Below, in pieces: positions 11,401 through 22,261 of a DNA stretch of 64,000 bases. The translations under genes were made by a program, and so were the position numbers. The stretch covers positions 41,478,001 through 41,542,000 of the forward strand of contig NC_079165.1 in the NCBI RefSeq assembly GCF_947568905.1. Reading direction: 5' to 3'. Under the pieces are notes generated by a model that saw nothing but the letters and a program-made list of their open reading frames with translations, had not been told where the DNA came from and made no database searches. How positions within the stretch are numbered: the first letter of the stretch is position 1; every line of letters begins with the position of its first letter. The DNA is from Ostrea edulis. Its lineage: Eukaryota.

Positions 11401-14400
11401 TACCTAGAACAAGAATGCACTTAATTGGGTAGTAAATTTTTATAATGGTACATTTATTAAATTACTGTTTATGGCCAATCTATGACCAAATTGTTACCTT
11501 ACATCTGTTTGGCAAGGGGCTTTATTGAGCATTAACACTACTTGTCACAAATTTTTGCTAATGGAATTCACCAAGATAAAAACATATAAATTTAGGAAAA
11601 TATTCTTTGTCCTTTAAATATTCTTCATCTATCTTGTTAGCTGAGTGAATTAAGGTGTTAGACTGGCAATCTGTATAATGTGTGTTTAAGTCCCTCAGGG
11701 GTTTTAATTTGTATATTTATCTGCTAAGGTGAGCTTTCCTGATGAAATTTAGTTCAGTGTCTGTCTATCGTCTGTCTGGCCTAACTTTTCATATTTCCAT
11801 CTTCCTTACAAGGGTCACTGCAACATCCTTAATCCAACTAAACTTAATCCAAATATTTCTTAGTTGAAAAGAATTTACGATTGTTCAATATTGATAAGCA
11901 TTCCCCTCCAAAGGGGAGATATTAAATGAAGAAACAGTGAAAACAGAGGTGGTGAAATTAAGAAATTAGAATTATTCTATAAGAATTTGACAAGTTGCAT
12001 GAAAACTTCCTTATATACTAAAGATGCAAGTTTTTTTTTTAAAAATCAAGTTTTGTGTAGAAATATAGGAAAATCTTTTAAATTTTTTAGGAATAATTTT
12101 CTCAAAAACCACAAAGATACATTATGTCAACTTAATATGCAAGCTTCCTGTAGTAGTGTAGATTCAAGTTTATGTTAACTTAATATGCAAGCTTCCTGTA
12201 GTAGTGTAGATTCAAGTTTATATCAACTTAATATTCAAGTTTATGTCAGCTTAATATGCAAGTTTACTATAGTAGTGTAGATTTAAGTTTATTCACAATA
12301 TGGCCCCTGGCAATAGACTAGCTGTATAGGGCCATGATTGATAATTATGAGAAATTAATATTTGGGTGAGTATTAATGTGGTTCATGGGCCTCATGCATA
12401 TCTTTCATTGCTTTATAAGGGAAAATATTTAAATTTCCTAAACCATAATATCAGTTATTGTTTATATGTATTTACATTTCCAACTGTGATAACCCTTTGA
12501 AGCTCCAATTGTGTTAATTTTTCCATTTATACACAAGTGGATGTAAATTTCTCACTTGCATGCAAATGAATGACATCAGTGGGTGGAGACTATGGAAATT
12601 ACATGTCACATAGAATACCATGTGTATTTCCATGTCTATTAGGCAGTATATTTTTGATATGTTGATTTTATATTTTCAGTTTTATTTCATACATAAATAT
12701 AAGGACTCGCTGTATAGTTTATTGGGTATGTGAGGTGCATAGCATGTATATCCTGTAGATTTCATTAATAACAAGTTTGATATGTGAACATATACCATTC
12801 AACAAATTGTTTTATTGAGTGATCAAAGACACAACACCATTGTAGGATGCCGTGGTTGATTTTATCTTCCAACTCATCACAGAAAGATGAAGTGAAATAT
12901 AGGTATTCGATGACAAGGCAACATTAACGATATGATATTTTGGAATACAGTTGTTATCATTCAGGAAAGATGTTAATTTGTTTCAGAGCGTACATGCATT
13001 GTTTTGATAAGTATTTTTTTCTGAATTCAGAGATCACAAAAGAAGAGATTAAAACATGAGTTAGCGATGCAAAGGAAAAGGGAATTGCGAAAGGAGAAAA
13101 GACAGCTGCAGAAACAGAGACTGCGAGAAGAATCAAACACTGAACAATTAAGTATGTATTGTACAAAACAATCAATAGGTGATATTATAACTGTATAAAA
13201 GAGGTTAACATATATCTCATGTTAAGATTGAAGAAAACATCCTTTTCATAATTCATAATTGTTTTTAAATATTGAATTTATTACTTTAGTATTTGATAAT
13301 TTTTTAGTTATATTAATTCCAATGTTAAGAAAATTAAATGGAAGTAACATTTTTAAAATGTACAAGTTATCTTTTAGTGATTGACTTATTATTTACAATA
13401 ACACATAATATGTTAAATTCATATGTAATACATGTACTTATATAACCATAACAGAACCTTATCAGCTATATAAATCAAACTGTCATCACCTGTCCTCCTT
13501 GTGTATTCACTGGACAAAATTCCTGTTTCTTGTATGCAATACATGTACCTGTTTCTTGTCTGCAATTTATGTACAATATGTAGGCTGTATATATACCAAA
13601 CAGCTTAAAAAAGGAAAGTATGCAAAATTCCTGTTTCTTGTATGCAATTTATGTACAATATGTAGGCTGTATTTATACCAAACAGCTTAAAAAAGGAAAG
13701 TATGCAAAATTCCTGTTTCTTGTACGCATACATGTACAATATGTAGGCTGTATTTATACCAAACAGCTTAAAAAGGAAAGTACCGGTATGCAGAGTGGAA
13801 CTCAATTTCTGTTTCATAAATTCATATGATAACATTTCTGAAAAATTCACACCTAATAATTATGATTTTTAAAAGTCGGACATACAAACAACAAGGAAGA
13901 TTAGCTACATATACTAGCTATTTGTTGATGTAGGTGTTAGGGGGTCATTTCTGTAAAGTCTCTAACTGCATGGTCGAAAAGAATATTAGAGCTCCTATTT
14001 CATAGACTGCCTCTAATGTAATAAGAATTCTATCGTCTTTTTATGCTGCGTTGTTTTTGCTGAAATCTGCAGAGGAAAGTATACTGTTCAGCCATCAAAA
14101 AAGGAGCTAAGAGTAGAAATAAAGTCTAAACTGGGAACGGCTATGATGTGTGGTCAGAGAATTTGCATTGATTTGAGTATGGAGAACACGATGACCTTAA
14201 AGGTAAATTGTAATTATACATATCTGCCAACTGATGACCTTAAAGGTAAATTGTAATTATGCATACCTGCCAACTGATGACCTTAAAGGTAAATTGTAAT
14301 TAGCTTGGCAATTTTCATTTTCATTTAAAATTCATTTACATTCACATTATAAAATTTGTGCATTAAATGATTGAAAATGAGATGTTACAAAATTATATAT

Positions 14401-17400
14401 ATTTGTAAAGTATGTTCACTGATTCTGTTTTATTTGGCCCCAGGCTTCTATAGGCAGGATCCCTATAATGATCAACCTGTGTGTTTGTGTATCTGAGTAC
14501 AGTGTATTGACAGTTTTCTGGACTTGTTTTGGCAACCCCTGCAGCTATTGGATTGAATATTTATACATGAACTTATATCAATAGGTTACAGATCAAGTTT
14601 GAGATTGGGATTTCTTGACCTATTCTTGAACCTAGCAAATAAAAAGTATTATTAAGGCTAGAATAATCAAACCTGGTACACATGTTTCCTGTAGTGAGAA
14701 TATTTCTATAGTATTTCTCAAGGCCAAAGTCTTACTTTTATTGGTAATCATTAAGGAAAATTACTACATCTGTACTAATAAGGCTAAGATCATCAAACTT
14801 GATGTACTTGTTCCCCATGGTGTCATTGCCCAATGCCAAGTGTATTTTGAAAAATAATCATTTTGCTTTTTAAGTTATACTTTATAAGAATGAGATCTCC
14901 AGTTTGATGTTTAGCAAAGCCATTGTAGAACTAACATTTTATTAACACCCGCTGGTATCAGAAAAAGCATCAAAAGAACACTTTCAGAGCCATTTTTAAG
15001 AACCTTATAGACAATGGTTTATTTGGATATTAATCCTTTCTTTGATTACTACTGCAGTACTGAATATATTACTTACTGAGCTCCTGAGCAATAGCCCATC
15101 AACAGCCCCCCCCCCCCCCCCCCCCCCCCCCCCCGTGTCCCCAATCCTGTGCAATCTTCATCCCCCTCCTGGTGTGGCCCATCTGTTTACTGTGTCAGCC
15201 TCCAGGTCCCTTCTCCAGGAGTTCTGGATTTTCCTCCTTTTCTTATCCCCAGAAGATTCCAAGACAGTGCCTGGCAAGAATTGTTGCTGAATAGTTTGTG
15301 CAGCATGTGTCCAATCCATCTTCTCCTGATCTTCACTTTTGATGGTGGTTGGTTGGTTCTCTGCCATAGTTGTGTGTTGCTGATGTATCTGGCCAGTGAA
15401 TTTAGAGGATTTTCTGGAAACAGGTGTTGGTTAATGTCTGGATGTTTCGTATGGTTATTTTTGTTGTTCTTCAAGACCGATTAAATATTTGAGTTAAACG
15501 GGTGGATTTTGGTATGTGTTGTGATTTGTTGAGATTTCTGGATGTTTTTGAGGATTCCGTTCATGCTTTTCCAATATGTCTTTTTGCATCTGCATCTGTT
15601 CCTCCTTGTTGGTTGATAACACTACCCAGGAGAAGGTTTCTACTTCCTCTAAATCACTTGCGACAAGTTTCACAGGTTCTGAAGCGGATGTGTTGACTTT
15701 CAGTACTGTGGTCATCTGTAGGTCGTCTGCTTGTTAGGTTATGGATGCCAGTCTTGATGTCTTGTCTTGCATATATTGGGCATGTGTATTGTGCATTTTG
15801 AGTATTGTTTTCTTTTTCTTGTATTTCTATTGATGGGTGATATACATTCATTGCAAAGTGCATGTAAAAACAAGGGATGTCCTATCCTGAAACCAGAAAA
15901 TATATTTCTTGTGCAGGATATTGCAGTTGAATTAATGTTACAATATTTTATATTTACAACAGGAAAAAAGCAAATTAGCACAACAGCTGTGCAGACTGTA
16001 TGGAGTGAACTGGAGGACAGATGTGCCAGCTCACATTTACTTCACAGGGTTTGACAAAAAGGGTGATCTATATCAAGAATGTGTCAGAAAAATTGATGGC
16101 TTTGAAAAATTTCAGTTATTACTGGTACTGTTTCAGGTATTACTGGTACTGTTTCGTGAAGTAAATTTGATACTTTACAGTTACATGTTTATACTCTAAA
16201 CAAGAATGTGGAATTATGATGCATTTGCTTTATGACTTTATTATGACTGTCATAAACTCATAATAATTGCATTTATGCAAATGAACACAGTATGATATGT
16301 ACATGTACATTTATTATATACCCATCAATGTTTCGTTTTTTGATACTGTGGATTTCACAGAGTGTGATCCGGTTTTCTGGATCACCACACTGTGGTTTTC
16401 TGATTCCGTATCAGTATCCTCCGAAACTGATGACATCACAATGCATCAACACAACGTTTTTTGTGTGGAAAACATTGACTGACTCGCAAACAAAACTGCA
16501 TGCATAAAACATAATTTCACTGCATATCTGTGTTTTTGATAATTTGGAATACATTTATTATCTTATAAATGTGGATTCCGATTTAAAATGCATAAGGGCC
16601 AGGGTATATAATAAATTTATCATTACTACAGTAACTTGATCCAAAGAGTTGGATCACATCGCGTTGACAGGTGCGTATCATCAGATCAAACTGAACGCTT
16701 CGCGTCTCGTGTGATCTGATGATCCGCGCCTGTCAATGTGACATGATCCTACTCTTCGGATCAAGTTGCTGTAGTAATAGTATATATGTACTATCAAATG
16801 TGAAATCTGACTTATACAATAAAACACAGTTACAACGAAAAGCTTACAATGAATGCATGTTTACAGAGAACTTCTTCAGAGATTTTCATTCCTGTAGTTT
16901 TAAAATATATCATGAACTTATTGGGTATAATGAATTTAATTTATAAACTATAAAAATTGTTCATCCCCAGCACTTCACCATTTGATAGTACGTTTTACAG
17001 TATATGGTGTGATGTTAGATGTATATACCTCAAAATAACAAAAGTACACTGCATTTGAAAATATCATCAAATTAAGATACTATGTTATTATTCACAGGAA
17101 TAATACCCTTATTATATGATTTATCAGACCAAAAGCAAGCTGGGAATGCCTCAATTGATATGATTGGTCATTACATATTTTGGTTGTCCAATGAAAACTT
17201 GTGTTTCTAATCACTTTCGACTAGATCATGCACCAGACGTTCACAAGGCCAGGCACTTTAGGAGTAAATATATGGAAAGATTTTAAATCCTTCAATCATA
17301 TAGTAAAACAATTACATGTATTGCCATTTTGAGCTCAATACGATGATTTATCTAAATAAGAAGTTAATTAAAAAATCCCAACCTCAAAAATTTCAATAAT

Positions 17401-20400
17401 TGTATAATATACCCCTTAGTCTATATGAAGTTTCATTTTGAAGTATTGGTTCATGTAACATCGCATCTGTGAACTAAAATGTTAACACACTCTTAAAAAA
17501 AACTCAGATAAACAAGGATTAGGACAAATACATGTATATAGTAGATGCAATAAGTATTCCTGTGTAATGAATATTCCCTTCGAGTGGGACATAAAAGATA
17601 TAACGAGCATTTGCTCTGAGTGGGGCTTACAAAATGTAACGAGCATTCCCTCCAAGTGGGACATAAAATATGTAACGAGCACTCCCTGTGAGTGGGACAT
17701 AAAATATGTAACGAGCATTACCTCTGAGTGGGACATAAAATATGTAACGAGCATTCCCTCCAAGTGGGACATAAAATATGTAATGAGCATTACCTCTTAG
17801 TGGGACATAAAATATGTAACGAGCATTCCCTCTGAATGGGACATAAAATATGTAACGAGCATTCCCTCCAAGTGGGACATAAAATATGTAACGTTCATTA
17901 CCTCTGAATGGGACATAAAATATGTAACGAGCATTACCTCTGAGTGGGACATAAAATATGTAACGAGCATTCCCTCCAAGTGGGACATAAAATATGTAAC
18001 GTTCATTACCTCTGAATGGGACATAAAATATGTAACGAGCATTACCTCTGAGTGGGACATAAAATATGTAACGAGCATTCCCTCCAAGTGGGACATAAAA
18101 TATGTAACGTTCATTACCTCTGAATGGGACATAAAATATGTAACGAGCATTACCTCTGAGTGGGACATAAAATATGTAATGAGCATTCCCTCCGAGTGGG
18201 ACTTGAAAGAAGTCACAAAAATTCCCTTGGAGTGGGACATAGAAGTAACGAGCATTCGCTCTGAGTGGGGTTTAAATGATAATGTCATTGAGCATTTACC
18301 CCAAGTGGGATTTAAAAAGATGTGAGTGGGACTTAAAAAAATATAACATGCAATTACTTCAAGTGGAACATTCAAACACACTACCACTTCAATCCTCGCT
18401 AGGGTGATATATTGTAGAACTGATCTTTAGCTTTTCGATGTAGCTGAAGTTGCATTTCACAAGCCTGCACATCTCCATGCAGCATTCAATCACTGCTTTT
18501 GTTTACTTGTGGTGCGCAGATTTCTGTTCTTCCCACCTGCTGTCCTTAACTTCTCCACTAAAAACTCAAAAAAATCCACATTGTTCTCTCAAGTGTTTAT
18601 GTCTGTCATGGAATGTCTGTAGAAAATTGCTGCAGTGACTCACAGCATTTGTCTCGAGGAGGAGCAGAGGCAGCACTAGCCTGTTCTACTAAAATCCCTA
18701 GAAGTCATTTAGCTTTTAATAGCTTTAATATTATAAGGAATGTAATTTGGTCATTGGCAACATCTGTGAATATATTTGATGTATCAATGCGGCATTATTG
18801 ATGGCTAATAGGCAAAATTGTATTAGTTTCATGCACTTAAAATTCCCTACTTTGACACTGATTTTCAGTATTAGTAAAGAACAATATAAACCTGTACTTA
18901 TTCAAGTACCGTAATGCAGTATAAATTAATTCCATTAACAATTTATTCTATCAAAATAAGTTTTTTTTTATAATTTGTCCAGTTACAGAACTGCGCTTAA
19001 ACTGAGGATATAATCTCCAGAATTCTTCTTATATGTGTTATGTTAGGTTGAAATGACAGAGACATCTATTTTGGAGATGTTTAACATCGATGTCGTCATA
19101 TACCTCAGCCCTGATGCCGCGGACATGTTGGAAGATTTAGACAAGGACAAGGTGTATGTTATCGGTGGAATTGTGGACGAGAGCGTCACCAAGGTACAAC
19201 CACGTCAATTACAACAGTCGCACAATATTAGATTCAATTATTAGATTACCAGGTTTGATAATAGTAATTATAATTTTTTTAGTAGATTTACAAGATATTG
19301 ACGGTCATACGCGAAGGATATGACATAAGAAAGAAATATACAACAATGAGGATTTTATTCCGCAAACTAATCACTGGCAATGGTGTAGCCGAAATAAGGA
19401 ATCGATTTCTGTTAAGTGACATTTTTGGTTTCGTTACAAGTTTCCTTTTTCTGCTGTCTTCCAAACCACAAGAGGCTTTTCGGCTTGATTCTCCAATATG
19501 AACTGCAAACGATTTCCCTGGTACCAATTAGTATTGTAATGACTGACACCGCGGACTACTAATGCTGCCTGCTGCATTCTATCGAAGGATGCTCCTGACC
19601 GCAGCCCCTTCATTTGATATACGTACATTCCAGTCTTATTTTCTGTAGTAAAACTTCAATTCTACAGGCTATTATAGCCTATATAGGACTTGTCTTTCTG
19701 CTGGCAACATGATGACAAACTAACCAATCACGTTCAAATAAAGCAGCCAAGGTTGTTCGATTGCTGTTGCATCAAATGCACACTGAGTGTTATGGAAATT
19801 TAAATTTACAAAGGCACATTCAAAACACAATTGCTCCCTACCGGTAGAAAATATAAACGCAAAGAGTAGATATAATTATCATTTTAAAATGACGTCATAT
19901 TTTAGGATCGCACGTGATTTGTCTACTCAACACGTGACATCCATACCAACGTGATTAAATGAGCGCTGTGATATGGATATTGCTTAGAATATGCTCGTAG
20001 GAAGCAATGTTAGGTAGTTGATGGGTGGAAAACATACTCTTGGACAATTGTTTAGAGGTTTTCAGTGATTTTACTAAAGAAAATCCGAAAAAGTGGGGTG
20101 GACCTCTCAGGCTCTCATTCCAACAGGCCTGTAGATTTGCATGCTGTATAATTCTAGATACAATAAAATACTAGTTGCAATATGTATGTTATACTGACAA
20201 GTACATAATTATTTCATTGTAATTTTGATTTCGCGGTTTTGATCTGCAAGAAAATAGCGAAAATCAAAACTGCAGCAAAATTTAAATACATGTACTATTG
20301 AATTATTTTATAAGGAGCCTTTTTGTACTAAGTTTAGGAGGAGACAGGGGTGTGTGGTTTTACCGTACATTATTTTCATTATCTGAAAACGAATTTACCT

Positions 20401-22261
20401 AAAATTCTCATCCTCCCAAAATCCGCGATACGGTATTGATTGGACGTCAGTGTGGAGAGACGCACTAGAGGTCAAATTCGTCATAAACTTGGTATGAAAT
20501 ATCTTCATGTTTATGATTTACGGTCGGCATGTCGTCCAATATACCAAAATGGGAATGAAACCATTGTTTTTATTTACGGTCTACTAGCGTACATGGGTTT
20601 GAACAATGGCCGTACCCTATCCATAAATACAACGGTGTCCCAGTTTCCAAGAAATCTTACTCGATCGCGAACGCTTTAGAACCTCGTTTTCTTTTTGTAG
20701 GGATAAATTCATTTTGGAGAATAAAACCTATCCAACTGCTTGAGTTGTTCAATATACCTACTGTGTATGTATTTTGTATATCGGAACATCTCAGATAACG
20801 CCTATTGATTCCAATAAAATGCTGAATGAGTCAAATAAATGCAGGAACACAGTATTAATTAAATCATCTGTATTCACGGGCAGAACATATGAGAAGCTGA
20901 AATTGGTTTTCAGCTATTTTGTAATTGATCATTGCATACTTTTCATTTTCTGCCACGTTCCTTGTGATCCAGTAGTTCGTTGATTTCGACTGGTAAATTA
21001 CCCCCATTGCTTCCTCACTGCGCTTTAAATATTTGAATATTCTGTTGCAAAAAAAGTAAACGTTGCGTTAAACATTTTCATTTCATTCGTATACATCGCA
21101 TGCCTCATTGTTGGTCGTCAGCTGTCAATATATTGTAACGAGTTTTATGGAGAAAGACTTCAAACATAGTTATAAGAATTCTGCCGGCGTATCTTTCTCC
21201 AGCTGATAAGATTTAGACGAATCTATTTAATCAATCCCCATAGTTCGCATTGTTTGAAGTTAACCCAAATCTTCGTATTATGAAAGGCCTTGAATACCTA
21301 ATTGCTCAAGAATCAAAACTAAGATCCAGTATTAATGAAGCGGACCGTTACGTATTTTTTGAGCTTCTTTATATATATATTCATATTTTCCCTGCTTTGA
21401 ACGCCCTTGATATTGTGTTTTCTAGAATCTAAGCAAACAGAAAGCCGAGGTGTCTAACATCCAAGCCTTCCGACTTCCTATTGAACGATATATGAAGAAG
21501 AAAGATCAAATGCATTTCTCACAAGTTTTAGCTATCAACCAAGGTAAATAAAACACTTTATTTAGTTCAAAACTTGTATGTACCATACCGCGCAGTACTG
21601 TGTCTCTTGTAAAGATATGGACATTGACAACCTGTGAATGCAGTGCATTGTACTTTGCAAAGTCAGTCACGGTGAATCACTTACTGTCCGTAACATGGTT
21701 ACGGTAACACGTGGTTTTTCCCGGTCAGTACTGCATTCATTATTTATGTAATTTGATGTGTAACATCTATGTAACAGAAAACCCGGTGAAATGGCTGCAA
21801 TCAATATTTGCAGGGTATATATACATACATTATTTAATCCAGGCAGCCATCAATATGGCACCTATTTTCTCACGGTAGAATATATCAGAAGGCCTCCTAA
21901 ACTCTTGTTGTCGGTCAACCGTAGTAAATGCAGGCCTCTATTACTTAATTTACCTTCAACAAGAAGTTCTTTTGATTTCCTATCTTTGTATTACATCTGT
22001 GCTATTGACATGGAATGTTTTGTCTGAAATACCTACATTTACGTATCCGTGCGATCGGACATTTAATATCACGATGAAGTCTAGGCATAATGGAAAGGGC
22101 TTGTACAGTGCGTTTCTGTTTGAAGTGTTTCTCTAAAATGAAATTTCATCATTATTCTTTCAGTTTTTGAAATATTAGTGACGTATCTTTCCTCAAGAGA
22201 CTGGAAAACTGCACTCAGCAAGGGCGTACCAGAGAGAAAGGGTTATGTTCTGAGAGAATGA
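8422..22261 (+). CDS. TRMT10B: tRNA (guanine/adenine-N1, position 9) methyltransferase 10 homolog B
   Basis: Exons: 8422-8595 (putative first exon, less certain), 13031-13151 (basic RSQKKRLKHE..), ~14073/14075-14202 (..GQRICIDLSMENTMTLK), 15963-16136 (EKSKLAQQLCRLYGVN..ECVRKIDGFEKFQ), 19047-19193 (VIYLSPDA..DKVYVIGGIVDESVTK), 21426-21543 (AFRLPIERYM..VLAINQ), 22164-22261 (VFEILVTY..WKTALSKGVPERKGYVLRE*). These are the Trm10 SPOUT motifs. The short C-terminus fits the B paralogue. Confidence 0.9.
9252..9604 (-). mobile_element. Non-autonomous LTR element (TRIM) with tRNA-derived LTRs, Helenus-like
   Basis: Two direct ~130-bp repeats (9478-9604, 9252-9381). Each contains a tRNA-like body (A box AGCTCAGTTGGTAGAGC, B box GGTTCGGATC, GGCCAGA/TCTGGTC acceptor stem). 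The element runs TG..CA on minus. PPT AAGGAGGGAGGAA abuts the 3' LTR. 4-bp TSD AATG at 9248-9251 and 9605-9608. Confidence 0.85.
11720..12395. mobile_element. Degenerate HINE with satellite-like core, including a ~49-bp local tandem duplication at ~12123-12290
   Basis: Start aggtgagctttcctgat.. with a gtctgtctatcgtctgtct tract. End gtgagtattaatgtggttcatgggcctcatg resembles the HINE 3' end. Confidence 0.55.
13515..13785. repeat. ~82-bp tandem repeat, about 3 copies
   Basis: caaaattcctgtttcttgta..tgtacaatatgtaggctgtat.tataccaaacagcttaaaaaaggaaagta recurs at 13623 and 13705, with a variant first copy. Confidence 0.85.
15134..15800 (-). mobile_element. RTE-clade LINE 3' fragment, decayed
   Basis: Across frames: LKVNTSASEPVKL..DLEEVETF, LWQRTNQPP..IRRRWIGHMLHK..QALSWN..SWRRDLEAD. 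These are typical RTE ORF2 C-terminal motifs. Confidence 0.85.
16622..16778. mobile_element. ~157-bp near-perfect palindromic MITE-like element
   Basis: attactacagtaacttgatccaaagag..tcatcagatca, then a ~23-nt centre, then tgatctgatga..ctcttcggatcaagttgctgtagtaat. Confidence 0.75.
17575..18365. repeat. 36-bp minisatellite (~21 units) with a 108-bp higher-order trimer
   Basis: Unit agtgggacataaaatatgtaacgagcattccctcca. The minus-strand ORF shows 12-aa periodicity and three identical 36-aa trimers. Confidence 0.95.

Noticed and set aside
17575-18365. 36-bp repeats as a CRISPR array
   Set aside because: The units are contiguous with no unique spacers, there are no cas genes, and the context is a eukaryotic intron.
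17482-18387. Repeat-protein ORFs (102, 77, 196 aa)
   Set aside because: They are translations of the 36-bp minisatellite, with no splice or expression support.
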